Program-made: the position numbers and the translations under genes
Shown: positions 49,290-61,994 of the stretch, piece after piece
Position numbering within the stretch: position 1 is the stretch's first letter
Layout of the letters: each line of letters opens with the position of its first letter
Source of the DNA: Mobula hypostoma
Taxonomy: Eukaryota
DNA length: 64,000 bases
Direction: 5' to 3'
Assembly (NCBI RefSeq): GCF_963921235.1
Contig: NC_086101.1
Coordinates: 163,928,001 to 163,992,000 of the forward strand
Notes under the pieces: model-generated
Databases searched by the model: none
Told to the model about the DNA's origin: nothing
Seen by the model: the letters and a program-made list of their open reading frames with translations, nothing else

Positions 49290-50660
49290 TTGGGCAGGAA
49301 CAGCAGACACAGTGACCTGTTGCAGCTGTAGTATGTTGGGAGCCCATGCAAACCTTTGGGATCCATAATGGCCACATCTGCAGGAGGTGTCTGCAGCTCG
49401 AGGAAATTTGCTTCTGAACCATCAAGCTGGAGTCTGGGAGTCTGAGATCGTAAAGCTGCAATGCATCAGGGATTGGGGAATGGCGAGTAGTTATCTGGAA
49501 CCCTTGCTCCAGGGGGCTGTCATAATTCTTAGATTAGCTACCATAGAATTGAGCTGTCTAGAGCGATGGGGAGTATAACTACAAGTGAGGAAGGTATTGT
49601 GGTCCAGAAACGGTGGATTGCTAAGGTAGGATAAATAAAAACTCAAAGCAATTAGAACTGGAGAAAATATTAAATGGGTAAATTCCCAGAATCTATTGAC
49701 CTACATCTAGGACTTTGAAGGATGTAGCTAAATAGTGGATGACTGGTTATCTTAGTCCAAAACTCCATAGATTCTAGAAAAGTTGCCATAGATGGGAAGC
49801 AGCAGTTACTGCAGATGGGGAGGAGCTGTCCTTATTCTTACGGAAGAATGGAACATGTTTAGCCTGAGATCAATAGCTGAGAAAATTCTGCAAAAGCTAT
49901 TATTAAGGTGGTGGTAATGCGATTTCAAACGTAGTAACAGGATTGGGTAGACTCAATATTGGGTTATGAAAAGGAAATAGTATTTGACAAGCAACACACA
50001 CAAATGCTGGAGGAAGTCAGCAGGCCAGGCAGCGTCTGTGGAAAAAAGTACAGTCAATGTTTCGAGCCGAGACCCTTTGGCAGGACTCTACAGTCAACCA
50101 GAGGGTCCCAGCCCAAAATGTTGACTGTACCTTTTTCCATAGATGCTGCCTAGCCTGCTGAGTTCCTCCAGCATTTTATGCATGTTGCTTGGATTTCCAG
50201 CATCTGCAGATTTTCTCTTGTTAGTATTTGACAACACCACTGGAGATTTTTGAGGTGGTAACTAGCAGATAAGTGCGAACCAAGTGATGTAGTATATTTG
50301 GACTTTTTGGAAAGCCTTAAATAAGGTGCCATTCAAGATATCTTTGGGGGAAAGAAAAGGAGCTAACTGTATTGGTGTAATATACTGTCATGAATAGGAA
50401 AGTGAAAAGAGGAATACATGGTCATTTTGGGATTTGGAGACTGGCTTCACAGAGCTTGGTGCTGGTGCTAATCAGATCAATGATTGGTGGAGAGGACCAA
50501 GTGTCGTAAATCAAAGTCTACTGCTGAAACAAAGCTGGGTGGTATTATGGTCTATAAGGACGATGCAGAGAGACTTAAGTGTGATATAGATACAGTACAT
50601 GCATGAAGAAGCAGGTAGAATATAACATCGAAAAAATGCGAGGCCGCCCACTCACAAGAC
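49290..50660 (+). mobile_element. Highly degenerate CR1 with ORF1-like Cys motif and RT remnants
   Basis: HICRRCLQLE near 49370; GYEK/CLT/LEFFE-like region; D.VYLDF. Confidence 0.6.
49991..50221. mobile_element. Palindromic Penelope-derived mini-element with two decayed hammerheads
   Basis: Left arm 49991-50087 is the reverse complement of right arm 50091-50190; perfect 13-bp TSD TAGTATTTGACAA at 49978-49990 and 50222-50234. Confidence 0.85.
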
Positions 50661-50669
50661 AATAAAGAG

Positions 50670-50960
50670 GTTAAAGAATAGCTTTATTTGTCATATGTAC
50701 ATTGTAATATCAAAGGATACAGTGAAATGTGTCGTTTGCATCAAATCAAATCAGTGAGGATTGTGCCAGGCAAGTGTCACCCTGTTTCCTGTACCAAAAT
50801 GCATCTGTAACTCACTAACCCAAACCGTATGTTTTGGAATGTGGGAGGAAACTGGAGTGGCCACACAATCAGGGGAGTACGTCTAAATCCCTTACAGAGA
50901 GCACTGGGAGATGAACCCCAATCTTACAGCTGCTGCTGTAAAGTTTTCTGCCAAATGCCC
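50670..50960 (-). mobile_element. V-SINE-like fragment with LINE-type tail
   Basis: TTTGGAATGTGGGAGGAAACTGGAG is the reverse V-domain motif. Confidence 0.6.
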
Positions 50961-51301
50961 TCCCCCCTCCCACCTCTGTCTGTTCTTTTTTAAATAATGG
51001 GTGATTGAAAAGTGCTGTTGTTCAGACAGACCTCGTTGCCTGTGTTGGAGATTCACCGAAAGTTAACATATTAATACAAAGCTTTGTGGAAATCTGTCTC
51101 ACCTAAGCATGAGTAGCAGTGCCTCTGGCCATCGTGATCCCAATCTCTGAAGTGAGGATCATGTGGCATACTTTCAACATGAAGTGAGTGACACCTGGTC
51201 AGGTGAAGTATGCAGTGAGGAGAGTAGTGGCAACAAACGTTAGAATTTCCAGTGAGCTGGGTTTTGCACCCACTGAAAGAAATAATCTGGTACTTGTTTC
51301 A

Positions 51302-51480
51302 GTACGTGATATCACCAAGTAGTTAAGGCGTTGGACTAGTGATCTGAAGGTCGCGAGTTCGAGCCTCAGCCGAGGCAGCGTTTTGAGTCCTTGAGCAAGG
51401 CACTTAACCACACATTGATCGTACACATTTATAGCCCAGCGGCGGCAGTTGGTGCAGTATGGACAAGACAAGAAAAAACA
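51302..51480 (+). mobile_element. tRNA-derived SINE with CORE-like motif
   Basis: B-box GAGTTCGAGCC; GTCCTTGAGCAAGGCACTTAACC; GACAAGACAAG plus A-rich tail. Confidence 0.75.
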
Positions 51481-51639
51481 AAATATGCTGAAATACAAAG
51501 CAGGCTAAGCCCCATCAAAATAGATGAAAAAAAAACAGAATTCTGTAGTTTCTTAAATAGAATATGTTACATATTCATTGGGATTGATAGGGGAATGTAA
51601 AAGTATGCAGTGATGGAGGTTTATCTAACTTTATAGAAG

Positions 51640-52640
51640 CTCAAAGTTCAAAGTAAATTTATTATCAAAGTAAATATATGTCACCATATACAACCCTGAG
51701 ATTCATTTTCTTGCAGGCATACTCAATAAATCCATAGTCAGATATAAGAATAACAGAATCAATGAAAGACCAGACTAACTTGAACATTCAACCAGTGTGC
51801 AAAAGACGACAAATTTTACAAATACAAAATAAAATAATAATGATAGATCAATAAAGAATCAATATTGAGAACATGAGATGAAGAATCTTTGAAAGTGAGA
51901 CAATAGGTTTGGGAAGATTTCAATAATGGGGCAAGTGAAGTTATCCCCTTTGATTCAGGAGGTGATGGTTAAGGAGTAATAATTGTTCCTGAAACTAGTG
52001 TGAGCCCTGAGGCTCCTGTACCTTCTTCCTGATGGCAGCAGAGAGAAGAGAGCATGTCCTGCGTGGTGGGGATCCCTGGTGATTAGTACTGTTTCCTGCA
52101 ACAAGATTTTGTGTAGATGTGCTCAATGGTGGGAGGGCTTTCCCTGTGATGGACTGGGCCGTAACCACTACTCTTTGTAGGATTTTCATTTCAAGGGCAT
52201 TGGTGTTTTCTTACCAGGCTGTGATGCAGCCAGCCAGTATACTCTCCACTACACATCTATTGAAGTTTGTCAAAGTTTTTTAATGTCATGCTGAACTTTC
52301 ACAAACTCCTGAAGAAGTAGAGGAGCTGCCGAGCTTTCTTCATAATTGCACTTGCATGCTGGGCCCAGGACAGGTCCTCTGAAATAATAACACTGGGAAA
52401 TTTAAAGTTGCTGACTCTCTCCACCTCTGATCCGCTAACGAGGATTGGCTCATGGACCTCTGGTTTCCTCCTGAAGTCAATAATCAGCTCCTTGGTCTTG
52501 CTGACATTGAGTAAGGGGTTGTTGTTATGGCACCACTCTCTCTCAAATATACTGATTCGTCACCACCTTTGATTCAGCCTATGATAATAGTGTCATCAGT
52601 AAACTTAAATATGGCATTGGAGCTTTTCTTAGCCGCACAG
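51640..52640 (-). mobile_element. Rex1/Babar-type LINE 3' part; inverted relative of 36860-37770
   Basis: KILQRVV.TAQSITG.ALP; TCAAAGTTCAAAGTAAAT tail. Confidence 0.85.
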
Positions 52641-52797
52641 AGTGGTTAAGTTCGCGTAAGTCCTTGGTTCAAATTCCATTGTGGAATTTAAAATTCTGCC
52701 TGCCAGTTCAGCAAGTGTCTTACGGACTTCACAGTCGGCACATTCCTGCTCCCTGAGATTTATCTCTCCCCTCACCTGCATCCTGATTTACTCAAGG

Positions 52798-53365
52798 AGA
52801 TTAGATTAGATTCAACTTTATTGTCATTGTGCCGAGTACAGATACAAAGCCAATGAAATGCAGTTAGCGTCTAACCAGAAATGCAAAGAATAGTGTTATT
52901 TACAAAATAACTGCAAATAAAAAGTAATTGCTACAGCACACAAATATAACAGTACTGAGACAGTACAATATGGGTGCAATACTGCTTAGCGCTGTGATGT
53001 GAGGTTCAGCAGGGTCACAGCCTCAGGGGAAGAAGCTCTTCCTGTGCCTGCTGGTGCAGGAGCGGAGGCTCCTGTAGCACCTACCAGATGGGAGGAGAGT
53101 GAAAAGCCCATGGTTAGGGTGAGATGCATCCTTGATAATGCTTTTCGCCCTGCCCAGGCAGCGTTTATGGTAGGTGTTCTCAGTGGTGGACAATTGGATG
53201 CCGATAATCCGCTGGGCAGTTTTCACCACACGCTGGAGTGTTTTGCAGTCCGATATGGGACAATTGCCATACCACACTGAAATGCAGTTGGTGAGGATGC
53301 TCTCAAAGACACAGCGGTAAAAGTCCAACAGTATCCTGGGACAGAGGTGAGCTTTCTTCATGCTC
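52798..53365 (-). mobile_element. Young Rex1/Babar-type 3' fragment
   Basis: Open ORF FYRCVFESILTNCISVWYGNC...LLPSGR.YRSL; (GATTA)n tail. Confidence 0.88.
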
Positions 53366-53461
53366 CCTATGTTACATTTATGAGGATGTTGTTGGGACTG
53401 GAGAAACAGAGACAGGATGATGGGGGGGATTGAGTTATGGAGTGCAGTTGAGAAGTTTGTG

Positions 53462-54191
53462 CAGATAGCCTCTTTAACTCATATGTTTTGGTCTTGCCCT
53501 ACTCTGGAAACTTTTTGGAGAGACATTTTTAATATTATCTCCAAGGTATTGAATATAGATATCTCTCCTCACCCTATTACTGCTATCTTTGGACTACCTA
53601 AAATTTCCAGTAATCTTTCCCCTTCAGCCCGTAGAATGATTGCATTTCTTACTTTAATGGCGAAAAGATGTATCTTACAACATTGGAAAGAGCTTAATGC
53701 TCCAACTACCTTTTTTTGGTTTTCTCAGACGATATTATGCTTGAATTTGGAGAAAATTAGAAGCAATCTTTATGACTCCTCATTTAATTTTGAACAGACT
53801 TGGAGATCTTTTATTCAATATTTTCATTTAATGTAATATATACCCTTGTTTTTTTTACTGTTTTTAATGGAGGTCGGGATTGAGGATGTGATTTTAAGTT
53901 TTTTAACTCTGTTTGGTTTCAAGTTAGCCCATTGCTTTGCTTTGCTTTTAGTTAGTTGCACGGTGGGTTTTTTTGGGGGGGGGGTTTCCTTTTCTCTATT
54001 GATATATATATAAAAATTAGTATACTATTATGTTACCTTGGTATGTTATGTTTAAATTACATTGTTTGTAGTATTTTTTTGTATTAATATCTTCTGTAAT
54101 TTTATTATATTCTAACAGTGTATTAGTGTCTATATGGCTTACCTTTTTTGTATACTTATTCAATAAAAAGATTTAAAAAGAAAGAAAGAAA
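53462..54191 (+). mobile_element. 5'-truncated L1-clade LINE
   Basis: ORF2 C-terminus LTHMFWSC..L..FW ... LEKI ... W..F, stop at 53836; T-rich 3' UTR; AATAAA ~54162; A-rich tail; perfect TSD GAGAAGTTTGTG at 53450-53461 and 54192-54203. Confidence 0.92.
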
Positions 54192-54224
54192 GAGAAGTTT
54201 GTGGCTACAATGACTGGAGTGTAG

Positions 54225-54870
54225 GCTGATGTGGCGTGATCTTATAGAGGTGTCTAACATCATGAGGGACATAAGTAGGGTAAATGTACTTGGTATTTTC
54301 CTAGGGTTGGGGATAATGAGGTGGCAACTTCTTCACACAGTTGTTGGTATATATGTGGAATGGGTGGCAGAGGAAAAGATCGAGGAAGGTATATTAACAA
54401 CATTTAAGGGACACTTGGACAGCCACATGGACAAGAAGGATTTAGAGGGATATGGTTCAAATGTGGGCAATTGAGACTAGTTTGAATGGGAGTCGGTCAG
54501 TACAGACCATTTGGGCCGAAGGGCCTGTTCCTGTACTGTACGATTCTACAGTCAAAGTTGTAAAGCGAGTGGAGTGGGGGCTAAGCACACAGTTTTGTGG
54601 TCCACCTGTGCTGATAGAAATCATGGAGCAGATATTGCCAATCCAAACTAACTAGGGTCTGCAAAAGAGGAAATCGAGGATCCAACTGCAGTAGGAGGTA
54701 TTGAGGCCAAGGTCTTGGAGCTTATTCATTAGTTTTGAGGGGATGATAGTATAAAATGCTGAGCTGTAGTCAATAAAGAGCATTCTGATGTATGCATCTT
54801 TGATGCCCAGATCATCTGCTGTGGACCTGTTACTTTGAGAGGCAAATTGGAGCAGATCTGAGTCACTTCC
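54225..54870. mobile_element. CR1 3' end (+, to ~54550) abutting a Rex1-type RT fragment (-)
   Basis: RDLIEV..IM; GGGCCGAAGGGCCTGTT tail; GGGCTAAGCACACA motif. Confidence 0.7.
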
Positions 54871-57689
54871 TGAGCGACAAGGAGATCAAGTGGAAAGAAG
54901 TGTAGCTAGTTTGGGGACTGCACACATCTAGATTTCACTTGTTAATATTCTGATAAATAGTGACATGTATAAATTTGCAACACTGTGTCATCCTTCAAAG
55001 ATAAACATTATTCTCATTCTGATAAGAAAGAAGTGTATGTGGTGTGATTTCCATCTGCTGGTGTGCTAACATATCACATTGATCACATGATAACAGCCTC
55101 AGAGTTAACTAGTTCAACAGAAATCATCTAACATTATCCATCTAAGCATAGAACTTGATTCCCTTTTAGCTAATTTTTCTTTGGTATTTTTTGGTGAATA
55201 TGAAAATTCACCTGGTTTGGTTTGTACTTGCCAAAGCTTAATGTCCTTTCATATCTATTGATATTTCTGTCATTTCTGAAAATGAAATTTGGGGCTTAAT
55301 CTTGAAGATTCTCTGTGGTTGATCCAGCAAGAAGGGAACAATTAAATTCTATCATTCAATCAGTTTTTGACTTATTCCAATTACTTTTGATCCATGTTCC
55401 ACCATGCCAATACCTACTTAGTAAAACAGTACAAGCTTCTAACATTAGTGTGGATTCAGTTTAACTACAGTCAGCGTTTGAGGGGGAAACAGAGGGAGAA
55501 AATGGCAACACTTCCGAAATTCAGTGCTTTGCTCTAATAGAGAAGGTTAGTTGTTCAGAATGTGCTGATCTTCTGTCAGAAGGGAGAATTAAGCTTTTCA
55601 AACCTAACCAACACCATTCCATTGAGCAGTAGTCTGTGAGCTCCCTTATCACCAAGTTAGCTGATCAAACAAAGATCACAAATCTGATTTCACTGAATGA
55701 TGAGTTTCATTATTGTGTTCAGTTTGAGAAGAACCTCAAAAACTATTAGCACCTTTGGGAGCTTGCTATAGTTGTTAGGTATTAATCTGTATTTATGCAC
55801 ATTAGTTCATTATAAATGGAAACGAACAGGTTAATTACATTGTGTATTCATGTTTTACTAACAATGGCAACATAATGGAAAAGAATTGAAGGTGCCAGTA
55901 ATACAGAGTTATTGAACACATTGAGCAATGTGTACTCATGGTGGGCTGAGTCTGGAAATGATATTAATTATAGTTACTTCAACATGCAGGTTGGGTGTCA
56001 CAGCATCCAATTCAGACTCAAACTCAAGAGAAATGAAGAGTCATGGTTTCGGGTTGTTAAGGATAAGACTTGGAATTATTAAGAAGGGAACCATGCAATT
56101 TGGCTGCTTGGACCTAACCCTGATGCATCATGAACCTTGGTACTTATGTAGAATGTACAATGCTTTTTGGTTCAGAGTATTTAGAACAAACAATATTGTT
56201 GAAATTGATTGTGAGAACTAAAGGATTCCTGCTCAAAGAGCACAAAATGGGAAAATGAGAAAGACTCCTGATATGTCTGGTACTTTAGCTGAGGTAGGTG
56301 GATGATAGAATCAGGTGGTGTTGTTGGACATTTCAAAGAGAATAGGGAACAGGATTAATTGTGAATGGTATTGCTTTGGAGAGTGGCATGGACTCACTGC
56401 TCTGAATGGCCTCCTATATACAGTGGGAAAGGCAAGCTGTCTAAGATTGATCAGGTCTTCCTACAAAGCATTGACTCACAAATATCCTTCTGAGTGACTG
56501 ACCAATACCATGATGGGATGCATTCATGGCGAAATATGGATGCAAAGAGCACTCTCAAACCATTGGATTTCACAGCATAGATACATCGTTAGAGTTCTCT
56601 GTTTACTGTGTATGGTTGTGCAGTCTCTGTTACCTCAGTATGAATTAGGAACCATCAATACAGGGGCACACATCGCACAAGAACAACCCCAGTACTGTAA
56701 GACTCAGTATCCAGTATGTTTTCTACTGACATGGGAGGCAACATTGTCGATTGACCTTTAGTTGACAACTGTTGCAGTTTCCACTCTGGAAGATTGATTT
56801 TAATTAGATCTGTTGGGTAGCAATCCCTCTCTATAATGTTGGCACAAGTCCCAGGCAAGGCTATTTTAACTTCCAGTTTTAATTAATATTTATAGAATGG
56901 ATTGCACCTTCAACGTGAGAGTATGCTGCTAGATGAAGTGATGACTGGAGGTGGGGGGAGGGTGGTGAATGCTGTCCCCCAGTGCTGCAAGAGAATTCTA
57001 ATGACGAGGAGCTAGTCATTGACTTCACCCTTGTATGGAAAAAGTTTTAGCGTAGAAAGGGACCAAAGTCTTTCGAGGGGATACAGTGTGGCCCAGGCTG
57101 AGTTCTGGATTACTGGTCCAGATGGGTATTTCTGAACAGGAAGCAACCAAATTGTTTTAAGAACTCATCTGGTTACTGGTGTCCTTCAGAAAAGGGAATC
57201 TGCTGTCCTTTCATGGTGTGATGTGTTGTCTTCCTGTTTCTTCTTCAGTCCCTTGATCAAGGTGGGCTGTAGACTCTTATCATACTCCTCCTTTCACTAG
57301 CAGCCCAGCATCAAAATCTTCAACAGACAGTCACCAAGACCACTGAAACATTTTCATTCAATTCGCTCCTGTTTTCTTTTATCGGGTCAAGCACTGCTTT
57401 ATGACGTACAAGGGAAGTGGGTGTTGTGGACAAGGCCACTGTTTATTGTGCACCCCAATTACTGTTTAAGAAGGTGGTGATATCTTACTGTATGTACCAG
57501 CAGGTACGCATTGCGACACTTATCACTGTATTACCTCCTCTGCCGTGGTGCAGCTGCTACCAGTACTGCTGCCGTCTTCTCACCACGCACACATCCTCTG
57601 CATCTTCTGTCTACCTAACTTTTTCTCCACCTCACAATCAATGCTGACTGCCATTGGGAAAAGCTCGCTGACACTAACACGCTCTTTTT

Positions 57690-57975
57690 CTGAAGGGTTT
57701 TCACCCACAGAATAGCTGCACTTTTTTTTTGTTTTCTGCACCATTCTCTGCAAACTGTTGTGTGTGAAAATCTCAGTAGATCAGCCGTTTCTGAGATGCT
57801 CAAACTACCCCATCTGGCACCAACTATCTTTCCACAGTCAAAGTCACTTAGATCACATTTCTTCCCCATTCTGATGTATAGTTTGAACAAGTGCATTGAA
57901 TTGTTGCCACATGATTGGCTGATTAGACATTTGCATTAATGTGCGGGTGTACCTAAATAAAATGGCCATCAGTTG
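57690..57975 (-). mobile_element. Partial second copy of the Tc1-type element
   Basis: MGKKCDLSDFD.GKIVGAR...SISETADLL; TIR then TA. Confidence 0.85.
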
Positions 57976-57979
57976 TATA

Positions 57980-59940
57980 TATGCTAACCCTATTTCCCAG
58001 CTCTCATCCTATAGCCTTCTATGACATAATGTTTCAATGCTTAAATGTTCTGAAAGTATCTGCCTTCAACTTCTATTCGGGCAGTGTGTTTCAGATTTTG
58101 CCCCCACAGGTTGAAAAAATTCTTCCTCAAATCCCCTCTAAATCTCTTGCCCTTTATACTAATCCTGTTCTAATTAAAGCCCCTGCTAAGGGAAGAAGAT
58201 TCAAAGTTCAATGTAAGTTTATGATCCAAAATACATATAGGTTGCCATAATAAAATCTTGCATTTCATTTACTTACAGGGATTTACATGGGGGAGAAAGA
58301 ATAGAATTTTGGATAAACTATACATAAACAGACAAAGACCAACAAATAACCAATGTGAAAAAGAGACAAGCTATGCAAATAAAAAATAATACTGAGAACA
58401 TCAGTTGTAAAGAGTCGCTGGAAGTATGTTTCTAGATTGTGGAATGAGTTCAGCATGGTGGTGATTGTAGTTATTCATGCTGGTTTAGGAGCCTGATGAC
58501 TGTAGTGTAATAACAAGCATAAACAATGTATGTATACAGGGTATTACAGGAAAGCTATTAGCATAGTAAGAAGATTTGGTAAGAGGCAAAGAGTGGATAA
58601 AAGGGGTCCTTTCTGCTGGATGCTGGTGACTAGAGGTCTTTTGCAGGTATTGGTGTTGTGACTGCTTCTATTCACGTTATATGTCAATGACTTTATCGAC
58701 AGAATTGAAGGCTGTGTGCCCAAATTTGCAGATGATGCAAAGAATGGTGGAGGGGCAGGTAATGTTGAGAAAGCAGGGAGTCTGCTTGGAGAGGTTAGGA
58801 GAATGGGCAAGGAAGTGGCAGATGGAATATAATGTAGGGAAGTGTGTGGTCATAGGAGGAATAAAGGCATAGACTGTTTTCTAAATGGGGAGCAAATTCA
58901 GCAATCAGAGGTGCAAATTTCTTAAAGGTTCACTTGCGGTAGAGCTGGTGGTAAGGAAGGCAAATGCAATGTTAGCATCCATTTTGAGAGAACTAGAATA
59001 TAAAAGAAAGGATGTATTAATGAGGCTTCATAAGGCTCTGGTCAGGCCACATTTGGAATATTATAAGCAGTTTTGGGCCTCTTATCTAAGAAAGAATGTG
59101 CTGGCATTGGACAGTTCATAAGAATGATGCCAGGCATGAAAGGATAATGTATGAGGAGTGTTTGATGAGTCTAGGCCTGTACTCACTGGAGTTTAGATGA
59201 ATGAAGGGTATCTCATTGAAACCTATCAAATATTGAAAGGTCTAGATAGAGTGGATGTGTAGACGATGTTTCCTATAGTGGGGAAACTATAAGCAAAGGG
59301 CACAGCCTCAGAATAGAAGGATGCCCCTTTAGGACAGAGATGAGGAGGAATTTCTTTAGCCCCAAGAGTGGTGAATTTGTTGAATTCATTGCCACAGACA
59401 GCTGTGAAGGCCAAGGGGGAGGCTGATCGGTTCTTGATCAGTATGGGTATCAAAAGTTACGGGGAGAACGTGGTGGAGAGGGATAATGAACCATCCGCGA
59501 TGGAATGGCTGACCAGACTTGATGGGCCGAATGGCCTTATTCTGCTCCTATACTTTATGGTCTTACAATTGTTCCTTAATCTGAGAGTGTTGTACCTCCT
59601 GCCCGATGGAAGTAGTGAGAAGATAGTGGGGGTCTTTGATGGATGCTGTTTACATGTGGTAGCGTTCCAAGTAAATGTATTCAGTGTTGGGGAGGGCTTT
59701 GCCTACGATGGACTTGGCTGTGTCCACCACGCTCCGTAGCCTTTTCTTCTTTCCTGCTATTCGTGTTTCCATACCAAGCTGTGATGGATACCCTTCGTTA
59801 TGCATCTGTAAATATTTTTGGTGTCATACTGAATTGATGCAAACATCTTTAACTGTTTTGCCGCCTTTGTGGTTACGCTTACAGGATGTGTTGGTGCCAG
59901 ACAGATCCTCACATAATGCCAAGCTATTGACTCTCTCCAC
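57980..59940. mobile_element. Cluster of LINE relics: CR1 (- 57980-58190; + 58540-59565) and Rex1-type (- 58200-58510; - 59570-59940)
   Basis: RLGEWARKWQMEYNV.KC; ALVRPHLEY; reverse Rex 3' motifs. Confidence 0.75.
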
Positions 59941-60279
59941 CTCTGTATACAGTAGGTAAAACAAGGGGAATATCTCACCAGATGTGTCACTGTGACAGTT
60001 AGATCACATATCATCTTGTTAATAATAGCAGGGCTGTGGAGCTTGCTTTTCAACTCTCGCTTTTCTACGTGTATCAGAACTGGCTATTTCTGTTTGCCGT
60101 CCTTAGTGATTTTAGCTTCAGATTTTCTCTGTTTACTTATACAGCCTGGTCTGCTAAGCATGTCACACAATCGCTCTAACAGCAAATATGAACACAGGCG
60201 AATCTATTCCTGATTCAATATTGCCATATTTACTGATTTGGCCTCACCCAATCAGATAATATTTCCTTTGTTCTACACA

Positions 60280-60460
60280 TTCCTCCCTTACCTGCCCTTT
60301 AACTGAAATTAACTTGTTTTCTCTCTTTCCTAGTCCTGATGAAGAGTCTCAAACCTGAAGCATTACCTCCTGTTTTACTTTCCACAGATGCTGACTGACC
60401 TGCTGAGTGTTGTCAGAACTCTTCCGTTTTTATTTCATATTTCCAACATCTGCACATTTC
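60280..60460 (+). mobile_element. Degenerate Penelope-derived fragment with decayed hammerhead (60331-60368)
   Basis: AGTCCTGATGAAGAGTCTC...CAGATGCTGACTGACCTGCTGAG. Confidence 0.7.
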
Positions 60461-60719
60461 AGATGATTTTCCTCCACCAGGATAGATATTGTTGAGGAAC
60501 ATAGCACCTGTTTATTTACATGGAGAAGTGTAAGGTTGAATGGAACTAATTAATTTACAGTACATTTCATTTGAGGCTATCTTAGTTTTCTTAAATAATC
60601 TAAACATTTTAAACTATTTGTTTTTAACAGAGACAGCTAGAAATATTCATGTCTCTACAGATTTGATTATGATATGTAAATGAGTAAGGCATTGCAACTG
60701 TGCATAGTTGCACCGATGA

Positions 60720-61860
60720 ATTGGTAATTGGTATTGTCACATGCACCAAGATGCAGTGAAAAACTTGTGTCAACTGGGCAACTGGGCTGATTACTTAACA
60801 CATACAGGTGGTGCAAAAGGAGAAGTACAACAATACAGAATATAGTGTTACAGTTACAATGAAAGTGTAGTGCAGGTAGACAAAGTGCAAGGGTCGTGAA
60901 GTTGATTGAGAGATCAGTAGTCTGTCTTTATCATATAAGAGGTTAGTTCATGAGCCATCTAATAGGGGGATAGAAGCTGTTCGCGAGCCTGGTGTAACAT
61001 GATCTTTCTGTCTGATGGAATGGAGAGAAGAGAGAATGACCAGGCTTGGAGAGCTCCTTGATGTGTTAGCTGCTCTCCTGATGCAGTGGAATGTATAGAA
61101 AGAATCAGTCGGCTGGGGAGGGGGGTGGTGAAAGTTTGGTTTTCGCAATGGGCTGGGCTGCAGTTTCTTGGGCAGAGCAGTTGCCGTAGCAAGCTGTGAT
61201 ACAACAGGACAGAATTGGTGAGTGAGGGTCATGTGAATTTCCTTAGCCTCTGAGGAAGTAACATTGCTGATGTGTTTCATTGACTATGGCATCCACTTGT
61301 CCAGACCAGGACAGGTTGTTGGTGAGAGTTACATCTGGGAACCTGAAGTTCTCAGCCATCTCCACCTTAGCACCATTGATACAAACAGGGATGTGTGCTC
61401 AACCTGACTTCCTGAAGTCAATGTCAAGCTCTCTTGTTTTGCTGGTGCTGAGGGAGAGGCACCATACTACTAGGTTTCTCATCATTCCTGTACTCTGACT
61501 CGTTTCACTGCAATATGGAACAGTACGGCACGGTACAGATCCAATGTCCCATGGTACTGACCTTTTAACCTTCTCCAAGATCGATCTAACCCTTCCCTAC
61601 CCCATACCCTCCCATTTCTCTTTCATCCATGTGCCTACCTAAGATTCTCCCAAGTATCCCTGATATTTCTGCCTCTCCCACCGCCTCCCGGCAATGCATC
61701 CCAAGCACTTATCTCTCTTTGTGTTTAAAACAGCCTCGGGCATTCCCCCCATACTTACCTCCATCACCTTAAAATTACGCCCTGGTGTGTTAGCCATTTC
61801 CTCGCTGGGAAAAAGTCTCTGTTTTCAACTCTAAGCAATTCCTCTTATTATCTTGTTACC
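60720..61860 (-). mobile_element. Rex1-type relic (60720-61500) and CR1 3' end (61510-61860)
   Basis: Reverse DFRK/FRFPDV motifs; CR1 tail-region homology. Confidence 0.65.
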
Positions 61861-61994
61861 CTCAGGAGATGTCAGTGACAGTGCTGGATGTTTCCTGTTG
61901 CGAAGAACTTCGAAGGCATTTTCTTTCACTTTCTTTGAACATTTCTTATTACACAATACTTATCATGATACGTATGGAGACCAGTTGGCCCATC

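Noticed and set aside
51302-51375. tRNA gene (also 4302-4370)
   Set aside because: No complete cloverleaf or acceptor stem; continues into a SINE body
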